From an uncultured bacterium (lineage in GTDB: Bacteria > Auribacterota > JACPWU01), in NCBI GenBank assembly GCA_964640155.1, contig CAZXEQ010000002.1:210001-242000 (forward strand): DNA of 32,000 bases. Reading direction: 5' to 3'. Of this stretch, positions 30,501 through 31,998 are shown piece by piece (positions within the stretch are counted from its first letter, which is position 1; every line of letters begins with the position of its first letter). A program made the translations under genes and the position numbers. A model generated the notes under the pieces. The model ran no database searches. It was not told the DNA's origin and saw only the letters and a list, made by a program, of their open reading frames with translations.

Positions 30501-31998
30501 TCAACAAAGCTTCAAGTTCATTTGCCTTTGAAAATCCATGTCCTCTATTAAGAAGAGCTGTAGGAATATAAATGGTATAAATTAAATTCCCTTTGTCATC
30601 GACTTGGGACTCTGAAATCGCAGGAATAGGTTGAAGCCCATAACCTTCTCTTTCAAATCCTGTCACGTCTGGGCCTAAATCTACAGGCTGAACACGAATG
30701 AAAGCTTCTTGATATTGAACGCCATTGATCTCTTTAGCTTTTGCAAGCTGGATCTTAGATGCCTTTCTTTGACCTTTTTTCCCGGATTTCACGCCCAACA
30801 AAGCATCTGCAACCCGTTCACTGTGTCCTTGATAGCCTGGAATATCTCCTGCTCCTTCTAAGAGATCACTAACGCCTGTCTCATTAAAATCTTTCCCCGT
30901 CATAGGGACTTTGTTTCTACCTTGCTTCTGTACAATAGCTCGAATTCGGGTAAGTACTCTCGCTTCTTCATCACGCTCCAAATGAAACTCATTGGGTGCT
31001 CGTGCGGTGATGGGAGTTCCCGCCGCTGCAACGCTTAAGACTGCATCAGGGGGTTCGACGAATGCTAGAGCTGGTACTTCTGCTGGTACAGGAGCCCTAC
31101 CAGAATCAGTCAAAACCGCTCGACGAGTAGCAATCATAGTAATCCGCTTCTCCAACCCCTCAAACCATCCCTTCACAGGTTCTGAAAATTTTAACTCCTT
31201 TCGATTGGCACGATCAACATTCGGATCGAAGTCAAAAAGAAAATCTAAACTTTTCTGACCACCTGGAGCATCAGCTGTATAACTTGCCGCATCAGACATA
31301 TAAAAAACTTTTAAAATTTCAAAAAACTCTTGCATCGATTTTCCTGATTCACCTGCCATTTTTTGAATCACAACACTTGCTTCTTCTGCAGTTATGAGCT
31401 CTTTCATATATTCCCCCACCGGATCTCCACTGAGAAGTGCTTGAGCAAGTTTGATTTCATTTTCAGAACAATCAAGCTGTCTTAGAAGAAGTCCTACAAT
31501 ACGAACCGTGTGTATATGCTGATCTCTTTTGTCTCCTTGCATAATCGCTAAATTTTTTCCGATATCATGAATCGCAAGAATCATTCTAAAAAAAACTTTA
31601 TCCACACCAGGAATATCTCTATTGCCAAAATAATGTTCAAACTGACGTAAAACCATCTCTGTGTGTTGTTCAATGGTGTAACCCTCTACAAGGTCCGCGC
31701 CTGCTTCTAATTGTTCTTTAAGGAATGGGTTTGCATCCTTTAAGGCTTTTATGAAGGCTTGCGGGCTAAATGAAGTGGCCGATTGAGCTGCCAGCTGACG
31801 AATATTTGAAACATGGGAGCTATTAATACTCTTAAAAGTATTAGAAGAAAGTTCTGATAGTTTCTTTTGAGCTTCTTCAAATGCCTTCCAAAGCCCCGTT
31901 TCTTCGCGTAACACTCTATTTACTTTTTCTTTAGCCTTGCTGATAGCAGCTTGAACATCTGACCTATTTCGAATATTTTCTGGAACTTGTTTTAACAT
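6547..31998 (-). CDS. Giant multidomain membrane protein of at least 8,483 aa. Order: HD-like domain, hydrophobic cluster, 7 tandem Ser/Thr kinase-like domains, hydrophobic cluster, duplicated H-E-x-x-E modules, ParB/Srx-like domain. The 5' end may lie outside the window.
   Basis: A single open frame of 8,483 codons plus TAA in AT-rich DNA. The largest ORF in any other frame across this interval is 159 aa. Recognisable motif sets occur along the whole length (see the sub-features). The first ATG is at 31998..31996, 2 nt from the window edge, so no upstream stop is visible. Confidence 0.9.
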   Translation of the reverse strand: MLKQVPENIRNRSDVQAAISKAKEKVNRVLREETGLWKAFEEAQKKLSELSSNTFKSINSSHVSNIRQLAAQSATSFSPQAFIKALKDANPFLKEQLEAGADLVEGYTIEQHTEMVLRQFEHYFGNRDIPGVDKVFFRMILAIHDIGKNLAIMQGDKRDQHIHTVRIVGLLLRQLDCSENEIKLAQALLSGDPVGEYMKELITAEEASVVIQKMAGESGKSMQEFFEILKVFYMSDAASYTADAPGGQKSLDFLFDFDPNVDRANRKELKFSEPVKGWFEGLEKRITMIATRRAVLTDSGRAPVPAEVPALAFVEPPDAVLSVAAAGTPITARAPNEFHLERDEEARVLTRIRAIVQKQGRNKVPMTGKDFNETGVSDLLEGAGDIPGYQGHSERVADALLGVKSGKKGQRKASKIQLAKAKEINGVQYQEAFIRVQPVDLGPDVTGFEREGYGLQPIPAISESQVDDKGNLIYTIYIPTALLNRGHGFSKANELEALLKRRGPNIAAGALAHEVSEIIGYQPVRKDEKPRSITHSEAVQITSLYNEDIRSREDAQAGKAVLSDLLRLVMVRAAVQAEPLDITYLEGLGKPYNAIEKYLNLADRPQLHHEVSQRAVELSEEVTNYATTHLAYGYLVTNDRNPTKALNVLSERVDTVFSRGHPVLKRSGPANEVLQKEYDALKSEMKAVYEKLVSEVKLAELLSLLRDVNILMLISSRTYLDTAEWDLDHKHLKRLSAKIEAEHPSDAESPHPIRTLLTQVISWHDKIHPHRRIEKIIVRDAVGARAPPISDEKDITAEQEELALFATNIPEEGRIYKFFLNFLLHHAKDKDDQDRPLAFAILGKGTVRISALNTYDYVLGDLAKRLHLELARKYARQYARYVFPVGARVAVIMPEEIQKRIQKEFQEQFIVLAKEEIEKIKRATDSNNKDEITRCNNALTYLNNLKVETSSGEQPVDPIYQELYEDVRAENQTAYQARLEGGMQATLSDQVKDLKVGETFARIEDLVERITQLNKKLEERKKVVGEMYASDKDVIACKAKLWKLALLKERYYTLKRLQDVPKILSRSKILYVFFERKGIQSTSSRPPAPQPDTPVSFSSRDQMTVFAALKEEIMALGKEQNLAESIAEAWLRHLNTPGNKISGLKDLKVEALKRLEVPLSQEAWGHICENLEPLMGRLIILAERKQPPSFIESYVREAEKGVVVGFVQRTQDIEEFRAQQGAEAELLVEAYGLAGLPPYIFQSDNPREIGAIPDPDNLIGRAQQGLEFLGYHLAAVREGHAARASAQEGELDQYRENTLRYFYQEHTELSQRRSDEKEELQRQDKRGAVEILFRGFEAWLRAPESTRRTFGEFIVPWVGDERENFSASAYRHGISNEDKVKKLAAYEAAASDFDLINDVSRFTKENLENLNEVRRNYLKAKEVVLKKVYHDPRHSDFIRDDFFPFFVQQTFFEGGAFVDNPPKIRYYDSEKGVMVEKVPGISTKKGDEHWTVYRGKDGKVYMIHVDMDFYQALDLLQRRLGILPDNDATIYKTHESIRTIIAQGVEKGLSPQEVALSVIRHMTNNVDVNLNPQNLQGEALKRHNEKIKEYLDQYITPEHLLATGVVTSEEMDAIGISTEQRQGKNQGELAEMMVVKIRDRALEDYKIRMSVMVVDEQMKVLDSGKRVFTGRKTKVGATVGFGEVKQKSIKEIKKVFSDTSNGVEDAKFARVDDDGRTRSLKGTVVNVGSGNAIAPNGKVFENVQAKKSDTKDRERAQIGQIIKWLGELLKWSPYQRLNEFQMKEIAQILYMASEDRNARLPASVAMETIRTNFPHFTKVHEGKLWQILAARWYVGIANIPQRKGQSSPPETIGEVLKLMGKEKNLEDDYRSDLPPNSDWPVVVKRAREAGMLPAIVQLFFRSLFFRLFVGAISGATLFLAYTPLSMLWKVASAQQLPGAENLVQNVTQTVPNIAQPRSLASILVSPGTAIILFAISFVCFGFVALVQKYPNLWDRLIPFLKPAAMVVSVITVSVIAVTLILTSSVGVWFSLGLIFGGFSVFSYLAPQQFDRTLDAIGLGEYAFLSSLENARIFSKKANHRAAMQSYQDALINDPFSDEARKGFFEHFYAAEAEIDPSNLSAFEKGAQTLFLRKEMEDFLREVHQFPPLAQAFFWQDFRVLLRGSIIAQNVFFNYAQRAFESVKAIQDPLEREHAYQALLSSLTRYIVLPQDLLLAFGMPFSAKWQILLAQIQAARENEENLSSHVNLQFLETEETQALLFSSLEKLMGSAGNASSATAQYLKYSRLKAQVEAMIPSIISHRAKLDPRGTILTKLNLVLARVQRPLDEMTQPSREDLDEANQLTQEATQTTADEQLQTYTKAIENLEAAALTPHFPERTFAEGMATLTSIFNQIKVVNARGDSEQAGRLQKLAERLHRSLTLGIAKKDLRTGEAVLIAPWTSENQRETITHFYNDQTALESQDIQVLRKAFIALLDSSEFAQGNPDTVRRVEIFLNRLLERTASAEENWSLYDWGIHDLMGQLVARLSYLPEFIRRSPVFNNLWARLMTPRTQVLQKLRSLGISSDADSMQMLLDDFVERVKKTQDVESRNSLIYISSILLNRLLVLHPELIRVPRWRAYREKTDEEMSKEVYSSHQNNRNRAPDSDLFVRLMTLSKSRTPNKEVNASDILAVCLQILASRPTHPDVVLLFSQTITALEVMAPEIGNQNPYLAIRPYAAAVIALQNFEKTTGKVHPAKARIQSELTAEKKKIGRALGEIGVLIDQADSLTKSDVAEALEVYEQADALLSPLRSIAEIEAVRTLMPKITEQIEQYSGKLIGCWRNLQPDVLLEGKRKQLEEIAVRINVPIVLAPKTVQEIHRQAINEIIETMHVYEWILTARPDSIQAANLLYQTMTLVTELVQAQMNSLIWVSPEERKQAKHVLEITFAQIDAMLSYLERMSKIQNLPKDVAKDLQRVTSTLERFYIVNAQDIALPTNVKLEDIFFMSAESLRLRNVLLKDQAGHVYTIESVIAHSGMSIVYRALDSKGKKVAIKVDLERFYDDFIGAEAATFEKISPEYRARFIDYKGHGSWGPLSFLITEYAEDSENLEDYISTHSISFSEQLRISRECAEGMEGLHQQNIFDGDFKPSNVLVLPDGSTRRIDLGFCRKVEDLNVSNPAQRARNSILGSLYYMSPERHSMSRIFNEEDRSDLAGFEEKIKDIQVDFSSDIFSLALSFCELYGLGFPFVEDEILKIQAYRGQVQSELNALVGAQINLISLRVDQSAIDRVAADIARKRQEINGLIKKEQRARGDAIIKGELKEDIIQERSPPGRDPIPSTLFKILKISLSSDFKDRIFDIHDWVDFLKLEEIILGGIGTPDASFDAAMLLAKISNRVKARLKSENLDSLERVATLEEIIKAYENILGISTETIEDLLAADEDEAVLDMGEAAMVEDPDAPLGRGSQLSGGYTLVEEIGRGGYGSVWTATNSAGETVVIKLPLNKEAFDSFQAELNVFEFLEMQPEYCENIVRYRDKGTIEIKGETLPFIVFEYIENSKTLDVFMREAIESKTPQEVEALRLSLAVQLSQAVAAVDADGKGFLIRDIKPLNILITSQGKLKLIDFGAAISMDTLRSQSGREGDSVSGTLSFMAPERLMNMSVNEALNNPNITANTRSDLTSQLSTIDRSDVFSLALTMYHSVYGAAFPYHIRFYGYGADINALVREVETLFAQRHAKFKDLREAELARPDDPSTLALRAEYNDIDQAFSDKSGEIRDAKFKALLMGELNSDFEDNARKARVPEGLIPVLKISLAKDPKNRIFTAQDLADFIEMEHLLSQQKPEEADISYQRLLKRKTSQDLQSAELQKILLSYKNRINEALALMKAYTPRPDLAAGAKSLNDLGLSPEDLIQKGGVRIRDNNGEYYTIVRKLGQGGMGTVYLALTDSGQQVAIKFPHFNQIKGFQEELKAFNALGTRKDHPKNFEKIVGFDGEGKVGLYPFAVMEYLPNATELYDLTLDPSQVSMAGRLELGESLAQAIATLHALPEELAYRDLNPNNVVMTNGHMKLIDMGAALSVKNMERNAKGLRESNIMGVASFMAPDRLQNLYIIDDIHGLDRDLGVLKRQLDKLAENDPERNKVNASILELQERRREFIAAYLPFSISSDVYAYALVACEFMLGVGFPFSERKRFEQTIDELVEIQRASRKLSSEISRLETIRPDDPSISDKKALLAKMKNQTNRLVERKAEAILTSSVRNDFDTQAAHLTPQLRAVLKTSLSLKPQDRIYTMSHLRDFMRLEKILATENASKEDLENSLAALVEIEKSLQTRAVASSLYESVIAGYRQPLQDRYDAIAGVTPLTGTLVGEAPETQTTARHQIDLSTPESLNQFKADRPADWQPNTPADIGLSKGAFENVEFIVAGADGRKYTITDFVGEGAQGMVFRASDEDGLEFAIKFPKDIKDARGKDSPALTVFQTELDAFQELAKNKDSSFQNIVSYENHGVVGSIPFVVMEMVETPYNLKEYIQQKNPDPKTTFSIARQLAAALNQLHVQGWIYRDLKPENILIIEVNGVPVVKLIDLGAIISEAQLQKSKGIELVYVGTPNWMSRERYLGQNLALLTNRVSSSKTLSEPELKDIANQLNVLLGQPLLEASDPVPNQKELTKRIYKAFEPTNLSSDVSAYALIVHQLILREGYPFGEQAERLDVLLASRDIDMARKRVLSKTMSDLKTRNALEDEIRPIHEELQEIQQRLNEGQALRREGLLRGNFRQSLRDDVPSELGTKAGISKRLQQVLKIALTRESQERFFSMQDMMAFMAAEEFLANDSFNENQARSVIESFEQTLKNFLTLAQERQEKGLDLSSAIHTLNTYRNLLVAHLRKSQAIWVKSLEAKIAYLPIGVPLDAMGKLHVLDLNSIDLTTVTTLEELGLSEESLREQNVILHGAQEVYTIYKVLGQGGLGRVFLAYNERFETVVVKLPLDTTGPGRVALNFELTAFQALGSFPDNPDVYQNIVGFRAGGQIGQFPFLVIDHIADYQYLDDYGNSVTYSLEDDSIKLQRRLSVSSQWANGLMEFHRRNILYRDCQPTNALVSGESGQEIVKVIDPGAAISMSEIHERGETSDNFMGILNYLSPERIRNYLDILAGRPQGEEIDLSSDVFSFALNVYEGIFGKNLPFQLVDGRDIAPVDLANIEQAYSSVNEDLRREYVAKVKAILEGRLVPDLENETIPEALIPRTLQKILKISLSKNPRNRLLSMQDMAALLRAERFLAGAVQDENQVQAIVQDFVKVVNRFQAQLQTREDAGIDVTLAREAIQAYGFSLMAKLKTVSAPSSERLQLQIRFSSKKVRDLRSEDLSKVKNLDDLELTKESLASQNVVLSSPRGTYTIYNVLGEGGLGRVFLAYTDKDEIVVIKMPLNLSSAALQSFQIEEDAFVTFGYEDDNPAFYENIVGFKDYGKVDSFPFLVLENIENPKDMHQFSQTIAEGSEVTGEEKRTKLYRRLDGLGQWAQGLADLHDYNWVHRDLKPGNLLIGQKAKVIDMGGAIRLSTLQNEGEKIPLLTPSYMSRERIDSLIQLIRTLDQNGLRKDIGLESDVFAFAIMIYETVFRKGSPFKTSDQNVITSEDIRKIEVAFGRKFSEEEVQRMQDVLAGNLVDALEQERVEDIPKTLQAVLKISLSKEPKERVLTMRDISDFLSLEKLLAEENPNQVQLKELGQLYFEIAGRLDARAVNLGDRKATVGAILSAYEARAMQLKGFSDYSKSMQARGNILADLDRAISRARNTHQKILSGELKDLENRVQNLPVAISNALDLDVLAEVVKLTEEEPTDRRALGKLEAAVDVFFALIHDRERMSTLLPDWAYLGVLDSFLKSIKKIEVSLGQLKAIPNLSKEVHDHLIIRWQQLQSLEKAVQSELNRVPREAIKPQPPLDLRKDVISLSDIRVGLSPEELAKRNIIIQGEKEAYTIYRWLDEGGMAGVYLALNERLETVVIKVPFNTDDAEKSFDLEVSALEKIGHHPNIAILQDHQKSTETGSVSFLVIEYVPQALKLGKFSTTVTESTESPQLKLRTRLHVASQYANGLAQVHGAGLLHRDINSDNVMVSGTVADSNAINVKVIDFGSAAPVKQIEKEGEKDFFGRLECAAPERVKQVLGSSTETISFPSDVWSFALEICELFTIGFPFELNIDGGLTPLEIEKLKTSCHNEDGTINAKQFKQVQAIFTHRFVSALENENPNIPNTLREIIKISLSYSPKDRFLTMRDLVDLLHVEYLLAQETLDEVQKREIMNHYLDVRERLAARLDQLGSEQRKNANVVIEAYGARIRSISGMNEVLVSVQRERKIRNIENSLIQARELMSRAENLPPRFQANARRQAATLTLEALRGYSEMLRSNAQDVDVLAGTKTSLDLLREILRLNETTAGKTFIELGLWADVLRDLSSVQTNVSNLDDAIVNLRGELSQGLQANETATTARAAVVGVMSIFIPHQGPKQPVLSVFASKFPTVWGLLSRFLPFLSVVLIIAAIPSLPALVGAAPAVGAAMGVNWVPIFIKILGAVAVSVLGWLRLGDVWKSIFERINFSTKQSSVIDRASVGALKDPGPNHSTARTLKDKQIQQLMAAAQAEGIEKTQEACAIEGINIRYQLIYFDENDPAPKDKNKPSIGNLAKELKLTNAFHLPLPDGTHYVFVSRNASNRALYKQHELSEIFAETKWGKEIREMETQKKLPKGYNAERIFHILAWANDIRMAQNSELFTPVLNTSGFRAGHVETKAQKLADLEVFIRSKFKDLSFEDALDELTADRSEQDQWVTRFFLNEVVQVQEFNQSIQGVIGERLAQHYREGTQVGWSLRKQTKEDNQKAQLAKIQEKAFASAKAINKSEITSLERIYPQAVKQGYAIFGQIEKPDANGTRRYEAIKLETGAVIELVITSDLTWTEKPLFEKYIEPLPVQPQEVKPLVGMPVIVRTPPKVTIRKEVVFADWWNSLPDDKGARLKGVASFLYNVLKEIDENPDRTFSKDFDPLRDIAIDNDGKITIRNFSGQPGNYHLQGGHQKFANEMDNITEDLLYWALYGKRKEDLGSSTKSSSLRSDREKRIKEIFGESGKPLNVLLEVASWKNTRYQSPPGKYLNAEDAEPVMLRKILDDSGRWILTDVGPGAQRREENEKRFAKSCMGITERLYKELSLPETVVRNAVGALKDPGPNHSTARSLTDKQIQQLMAVAQAEGVEKIQEACAIEGINIRYQLIYFDENDPAPKDKNKPSIGNLAKELKLTNGFHLPLPDGTHYVFVSRNASNRALYKQHELSEIFAETKWGKEIREMEAQKRLPKGYTAERIFHVLAWANDIRMAQNSELFTPVLDTGGLRTQYVQTIAQKLPALEEFIQSKFKDLSFEDALDELTADRSEQDKWVVRFFPNEAPQVQEFNQAVQGILGERLARHYKEGTKPKIGLSSKVSALLKTSIEDNQKAQLARIQERAFASAKNIDKAEIAALEKIYPEAVKQGYAIFGQIEAVDANGTRRYKAVKMETGAVIELVVTSDLKWTEKPLFSRQQALADIEAELRKLEVMADADREARLRQSQVMADKEFALLEQGLEYLFSVLNTERFGIEASNSVFRLEWITMKAWERDALIVKAKQYVAKGDNPSLDDVLAAQARLQRDSNFIAFKARQKSGGARKMVSVVDVSTTDTENILTEAEENGLRSYIDKLPPEAKTTGTTPDTAGNISYQLVEFEANDVAAQLFASRNIGGAYHLKSRDGQTTYILVQKGLSDFNTALQHEQFEIYIEKEYKVRIAEVLASGKYPGFTLSRVIHILAWAMQIQENIKAKRWTNVVEVLFLLEQISAENRTLDQLIALYKEHNDRKSQHYEMVQEFLGKDAREKVVTFEDSVQNHILEQIVIKMVEENPEETIHDLVSKLESRPEPQRVARLDFFKAWARLIVGGRIEPVGGRTEFRESRPPGIITYLKTPGVGLGGTVFRDSEITMENRVIAPSEIIPTQGSIFSDVVVYRLEELRREFDKPVNQRTPVVVYELTDDQGRKRYFMRFGHNRAYAAYLVGEKVNATIIRIRGGNFSEPYSRNPSEKIYVKEEEGLQRYRTVGNMLEGMKADERSDAPTPHYRLSAKARKAKMQRLLTRLLTQASGVDQRSEQELIFRNGLFDTIFAQNNLKEKLANLPAEGLSELSVSEMQAWISDAPEVVFAMLVSAGVITKKTEGISKELADLIPGIRDEERRIEALERLNDLVTQLPGFLNALAESKVSEYRTEAHFEATRRAVLARDPFAKEMSNPTSDLSKSVFDKDIVTVIDMAMMRDTGTGKLSSVGLRTIVQAYRARGKKLPVIATEGEKIARSLLKAEGLTDQELESVALIVPSTAKGQDVTTDVLAQLRTRIPGAQELPATSFRFILCKDNFDGVWGKGEALKAARVPYVQAERGAVLTQLFAVINLINESPVTAAQLNQELEKSGLFKANELAEIAKTLSDYDDSKPLPPMQPVAMRNVTEAFQQAAAQRKIEAAA
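7891..8130 (-). other. ParB/sulfiredoxin (ParB-like nuclease/NTPase) superfamily domain (aa ~7957-8036)
   Basis: The segment reads VIAPSEIIPTQGSIF...TPVVVYELTDDQGRKRYFMRFGH(8016)NRAYAAYLVGEKVNATIIRI. From memory, the YF-x-x-FG-H-x-R-x-x-AAY...I-x-A-x-I block resembles the sulfiredoxin FGGCHRYAAY...IPAKLV active-site region. It also resembles the ParB GxxRxxA arginine patch. Confidence 0.6.
8626..8922 (-). other. Third, diverged copy of the H-E-x-x-E module (aa ~7693-7791)
   Basis: Three blocks align with copies A and B.
- NISYQLVEFEAND aligns with INIRYQLIYFDEND.
- AYHLKSRDGQTTYILVQKGLSDFNTALQH(7747)EQFEIY aligns with AFHLPLPDGTHYVFVSRNASNRALYKQHELSEIF.
- SRVIH(7781)ILAWAMQIQE aligns with ERIFHILAWANDIRM. 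Confidence 0.7.
9445..10512 (-). repeat. Internal direct repeat, copy B (aa ~7163-7518; contains the H-E-x-x-E module, H7273)
   Basis: Encodes VGALKDPGPNHSTARSLTDKQIQQLM...KQHELSEIFAETKW...ERIFHVLAWANDIRM...TSDLKWTEKPLF. It carries a 7-aa insertion relative to copy A in the segment after HYKEG. Antisense shadow ORFs 9900..10265 and 11865..12062 in the ORF track give nearly the same peptide, which confirms independently that the repeat exists at the DNA level. Confidence 0.9.
11263..12309 (-). repeat. Internal direct repeat, copy A (aa ~6564-6912; contains the H-E-x-x-E module, H6674)
   Basis: Encodes VGALKDPGPNHSTARTLKDKQIQQLM...INIRYQLIYFDENDPAPKDKNKPSIGNLAKELK...THYVFVSRNASNRALYKQHELSEIFAETKW...ERIFHILAWANDIRM...TSDLTWTEKPLF. 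This is near-identical to copy B, with a 1,797-nt offset at the repeat start and through the perfect run. Positions 11920..12058 are 100% identical to 10123..10261. Confidence 0.9.
12367..12657 (-). other. Hydrophobic cluster 2, two to four predicted transmembrane helices (aa ~6448-6544)
   Basis: Hydrophobic stretches: AAVVGVMSIFIP, LPFLSVVLIIAAIPSLPALVGAAPAVGAAMGV and WVPIFIKILGAVAVSVLGWLRL. The helix count is ambiguous by eye. Confidence 0.65.
13255..14181 (-). other. Protein kinase-like domain K7 (aa ~5940-6248)
   Basis: - Gly-rich loop: LDEGGMAGV (partly degenerate).
- Beta3 Lys: VVIK (K5969).
- AlphaC Glu: in FDLEVSALEKI.
- Catalytic loop: HRDINSDN (D6070, nt 13789..13791; the loop Lys is replaced by Asn).
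- DFG: D6094 (nt 13717..13719).
- Downstream motifs: CAAPER, PSDVWSFAL, PKDRFL. Confidence 0.85.
14960..15912 (-). other. Protein kinase-like domain K6 (aa ~5363-5680)
   Basis: - Gly-rich loop: LGEGGLGRV.
- Beta3 Lys: VVIK (K5392).
- AlphaC Glu: in FQIEEDAFVTF.
- Catalytic loop: canonical HRDLKPGN (D5502, nt 15493..15495).
- DMG: D5518 (nt 15445..15447).
- Downstream motifs: SYMSRER, ESDVFAFAI, PKERVL. Confidence 0.88.
16262..17220 (-). other. Protein kinase-like domain K5 (aa ~4927-5246)
   Basis: - Gly-rich loop: LGQGGLGRV.
- Beta3 Lys: VVVK (K4956).
- AlphaC Glu: in LNFELTAFQAL.
- Catalytic loop: YRDCQPTN (D5062, nt 16813..16815; the loop Lys is replaced by Gln).
- DPG: D5083.
- Downstream motifs: NYLSPER, SSDVFSFAL, PRNRLL. 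Confidence 0.85.
17585..18783 (-). other. Protein kinase-like domain K4 (aa ~4406-4805)
   Basis: - Gly-rich loop: VGEGAQGMV.
- Beta3 Lys: FAIK (K4435).
- AlphaC Glu: in FQTELDAFQEL.
- Catalytic loop: YRDLKPEN (D4538, nt 18385..18387).
- DLG: D4559.
- Downstream motifs: NWMSRER, SSDVSAYAL, SQERFF. Confidence 0.85.
19150..20289 (-). other. Protein kinase-like domain K3 (aa ~3904-4283)
   Basis: - Gly-rich loop: LGQGGMGTV.
- Beta3 Lys: VAIK (K3933).
- AlphaC Glu: in FQEELKAFNAL.
- Catalytic loop: YRDLNPNN (D4032, nt 19903..19905; the loop Lys is replaced by Asn).
- DMG: D4049.
- Downstream motifs: SFMAPDR, SSDVYAYAL, PQDRIY. Confidence 0.85.
20545..21651 (-). other. Protein kinase-like domain K2 (aa ~3450-3818)
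   Basis: - Gly-rich loop: IGRGGYGSV.
- Beta3 Lys: VVIK (K3479).
- AlphaC Glu: in FQAELNVFEFL.
- Catalytic loop: IRDIKPLN (D3585, nt 21244..21246).
- DFG: D3603.
- Downstream motifs: SFMAPER, RSDVFSLAL, PKNRIF. Confidence 0.85.
21935..22986 (-). other. Protein kinase-like domain K1 (aa ~3005-3355)
   Basis: - Gly-rich loop: VIAHSGMSIVY (degenerate).
- Beta3 Lys: VAIK (K3034).
- AlphaC Glu: in AEAATFEKI.
- Catalytic loop: DGDFKPSN (D3126, nt 22621..22623).
- DLG: D3144.
- Downstream motifs: YYMSPER, SSDIFSLAL, FKDRIF. Confidence 0.75.
25864..26328 (-). other. Hydrophobic cluster 1, about four predicted transmembrane helices (aa ~1891-2045)
   Basis: Hydrophobic stretches: LFVGAISGATLFLAYTPLSMLW, LASILVSPGTAIILFAISFVCFGFVALV, AAMVVSVITVSVIAVTLILTSSV and GVWFSLGLIFGGFSVFSYLA. 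Confidence 0.7.
30379..30729 (-). other. Possible diverged N-terminal copy of the H-E-x-x-E module (aa ~424-540)
   Basis: NLIYTIYIPTALL...GALAH(513)EVSEIIGY has the same strand-then-HExxE(I) layout as the C-terminal modules. H513 is encoded at 30460..30462. The overall similarity is weak. Confidence 0.3.
31264..31701 (-). other. HD-domain-like metal-dependent phosphohydrolase module (aa ~100-245 of the giant ORF)
   Basis: The H...HD...H...D pattern is present. It comprises EQH(112)TEMV; ILAIH(144)D(145)IGK, with the HD codons at 31564..31569; DQHIH(163)TV; and YMSD(235)AA. Confidence 0.55.

Noticed and set aside
7181-31258. Roughly 30 plus-strand and out-of-frame minus-strand ORFs of 60-159 aa inside the giant gene, for example 7181..7603, 26719..27198 and 29398..29793.
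   Set aside because: All lie antisense to, or out of frame with, a continuous 25.4-kb ORF that carries recognisable domains. Their translations are low-complexity, rich in Ser, Leu, Phe and Cys, as is typical of shadow ORFs. None has a convincing ribosome-binding site or a family signature.
6547-31998. Splitting the giant ORF into several adjacent genes, for example at the hydrophobic clusters or between kinase units.
   Set aside because: There is no in-frame stop anywhere in the 8,483 codons. I saw no convincing internal Shine-Dalgarno plus start arrangement at the domain boundaries. Internal initiation or proteolytic processing cannot be excluded from sequence alone.
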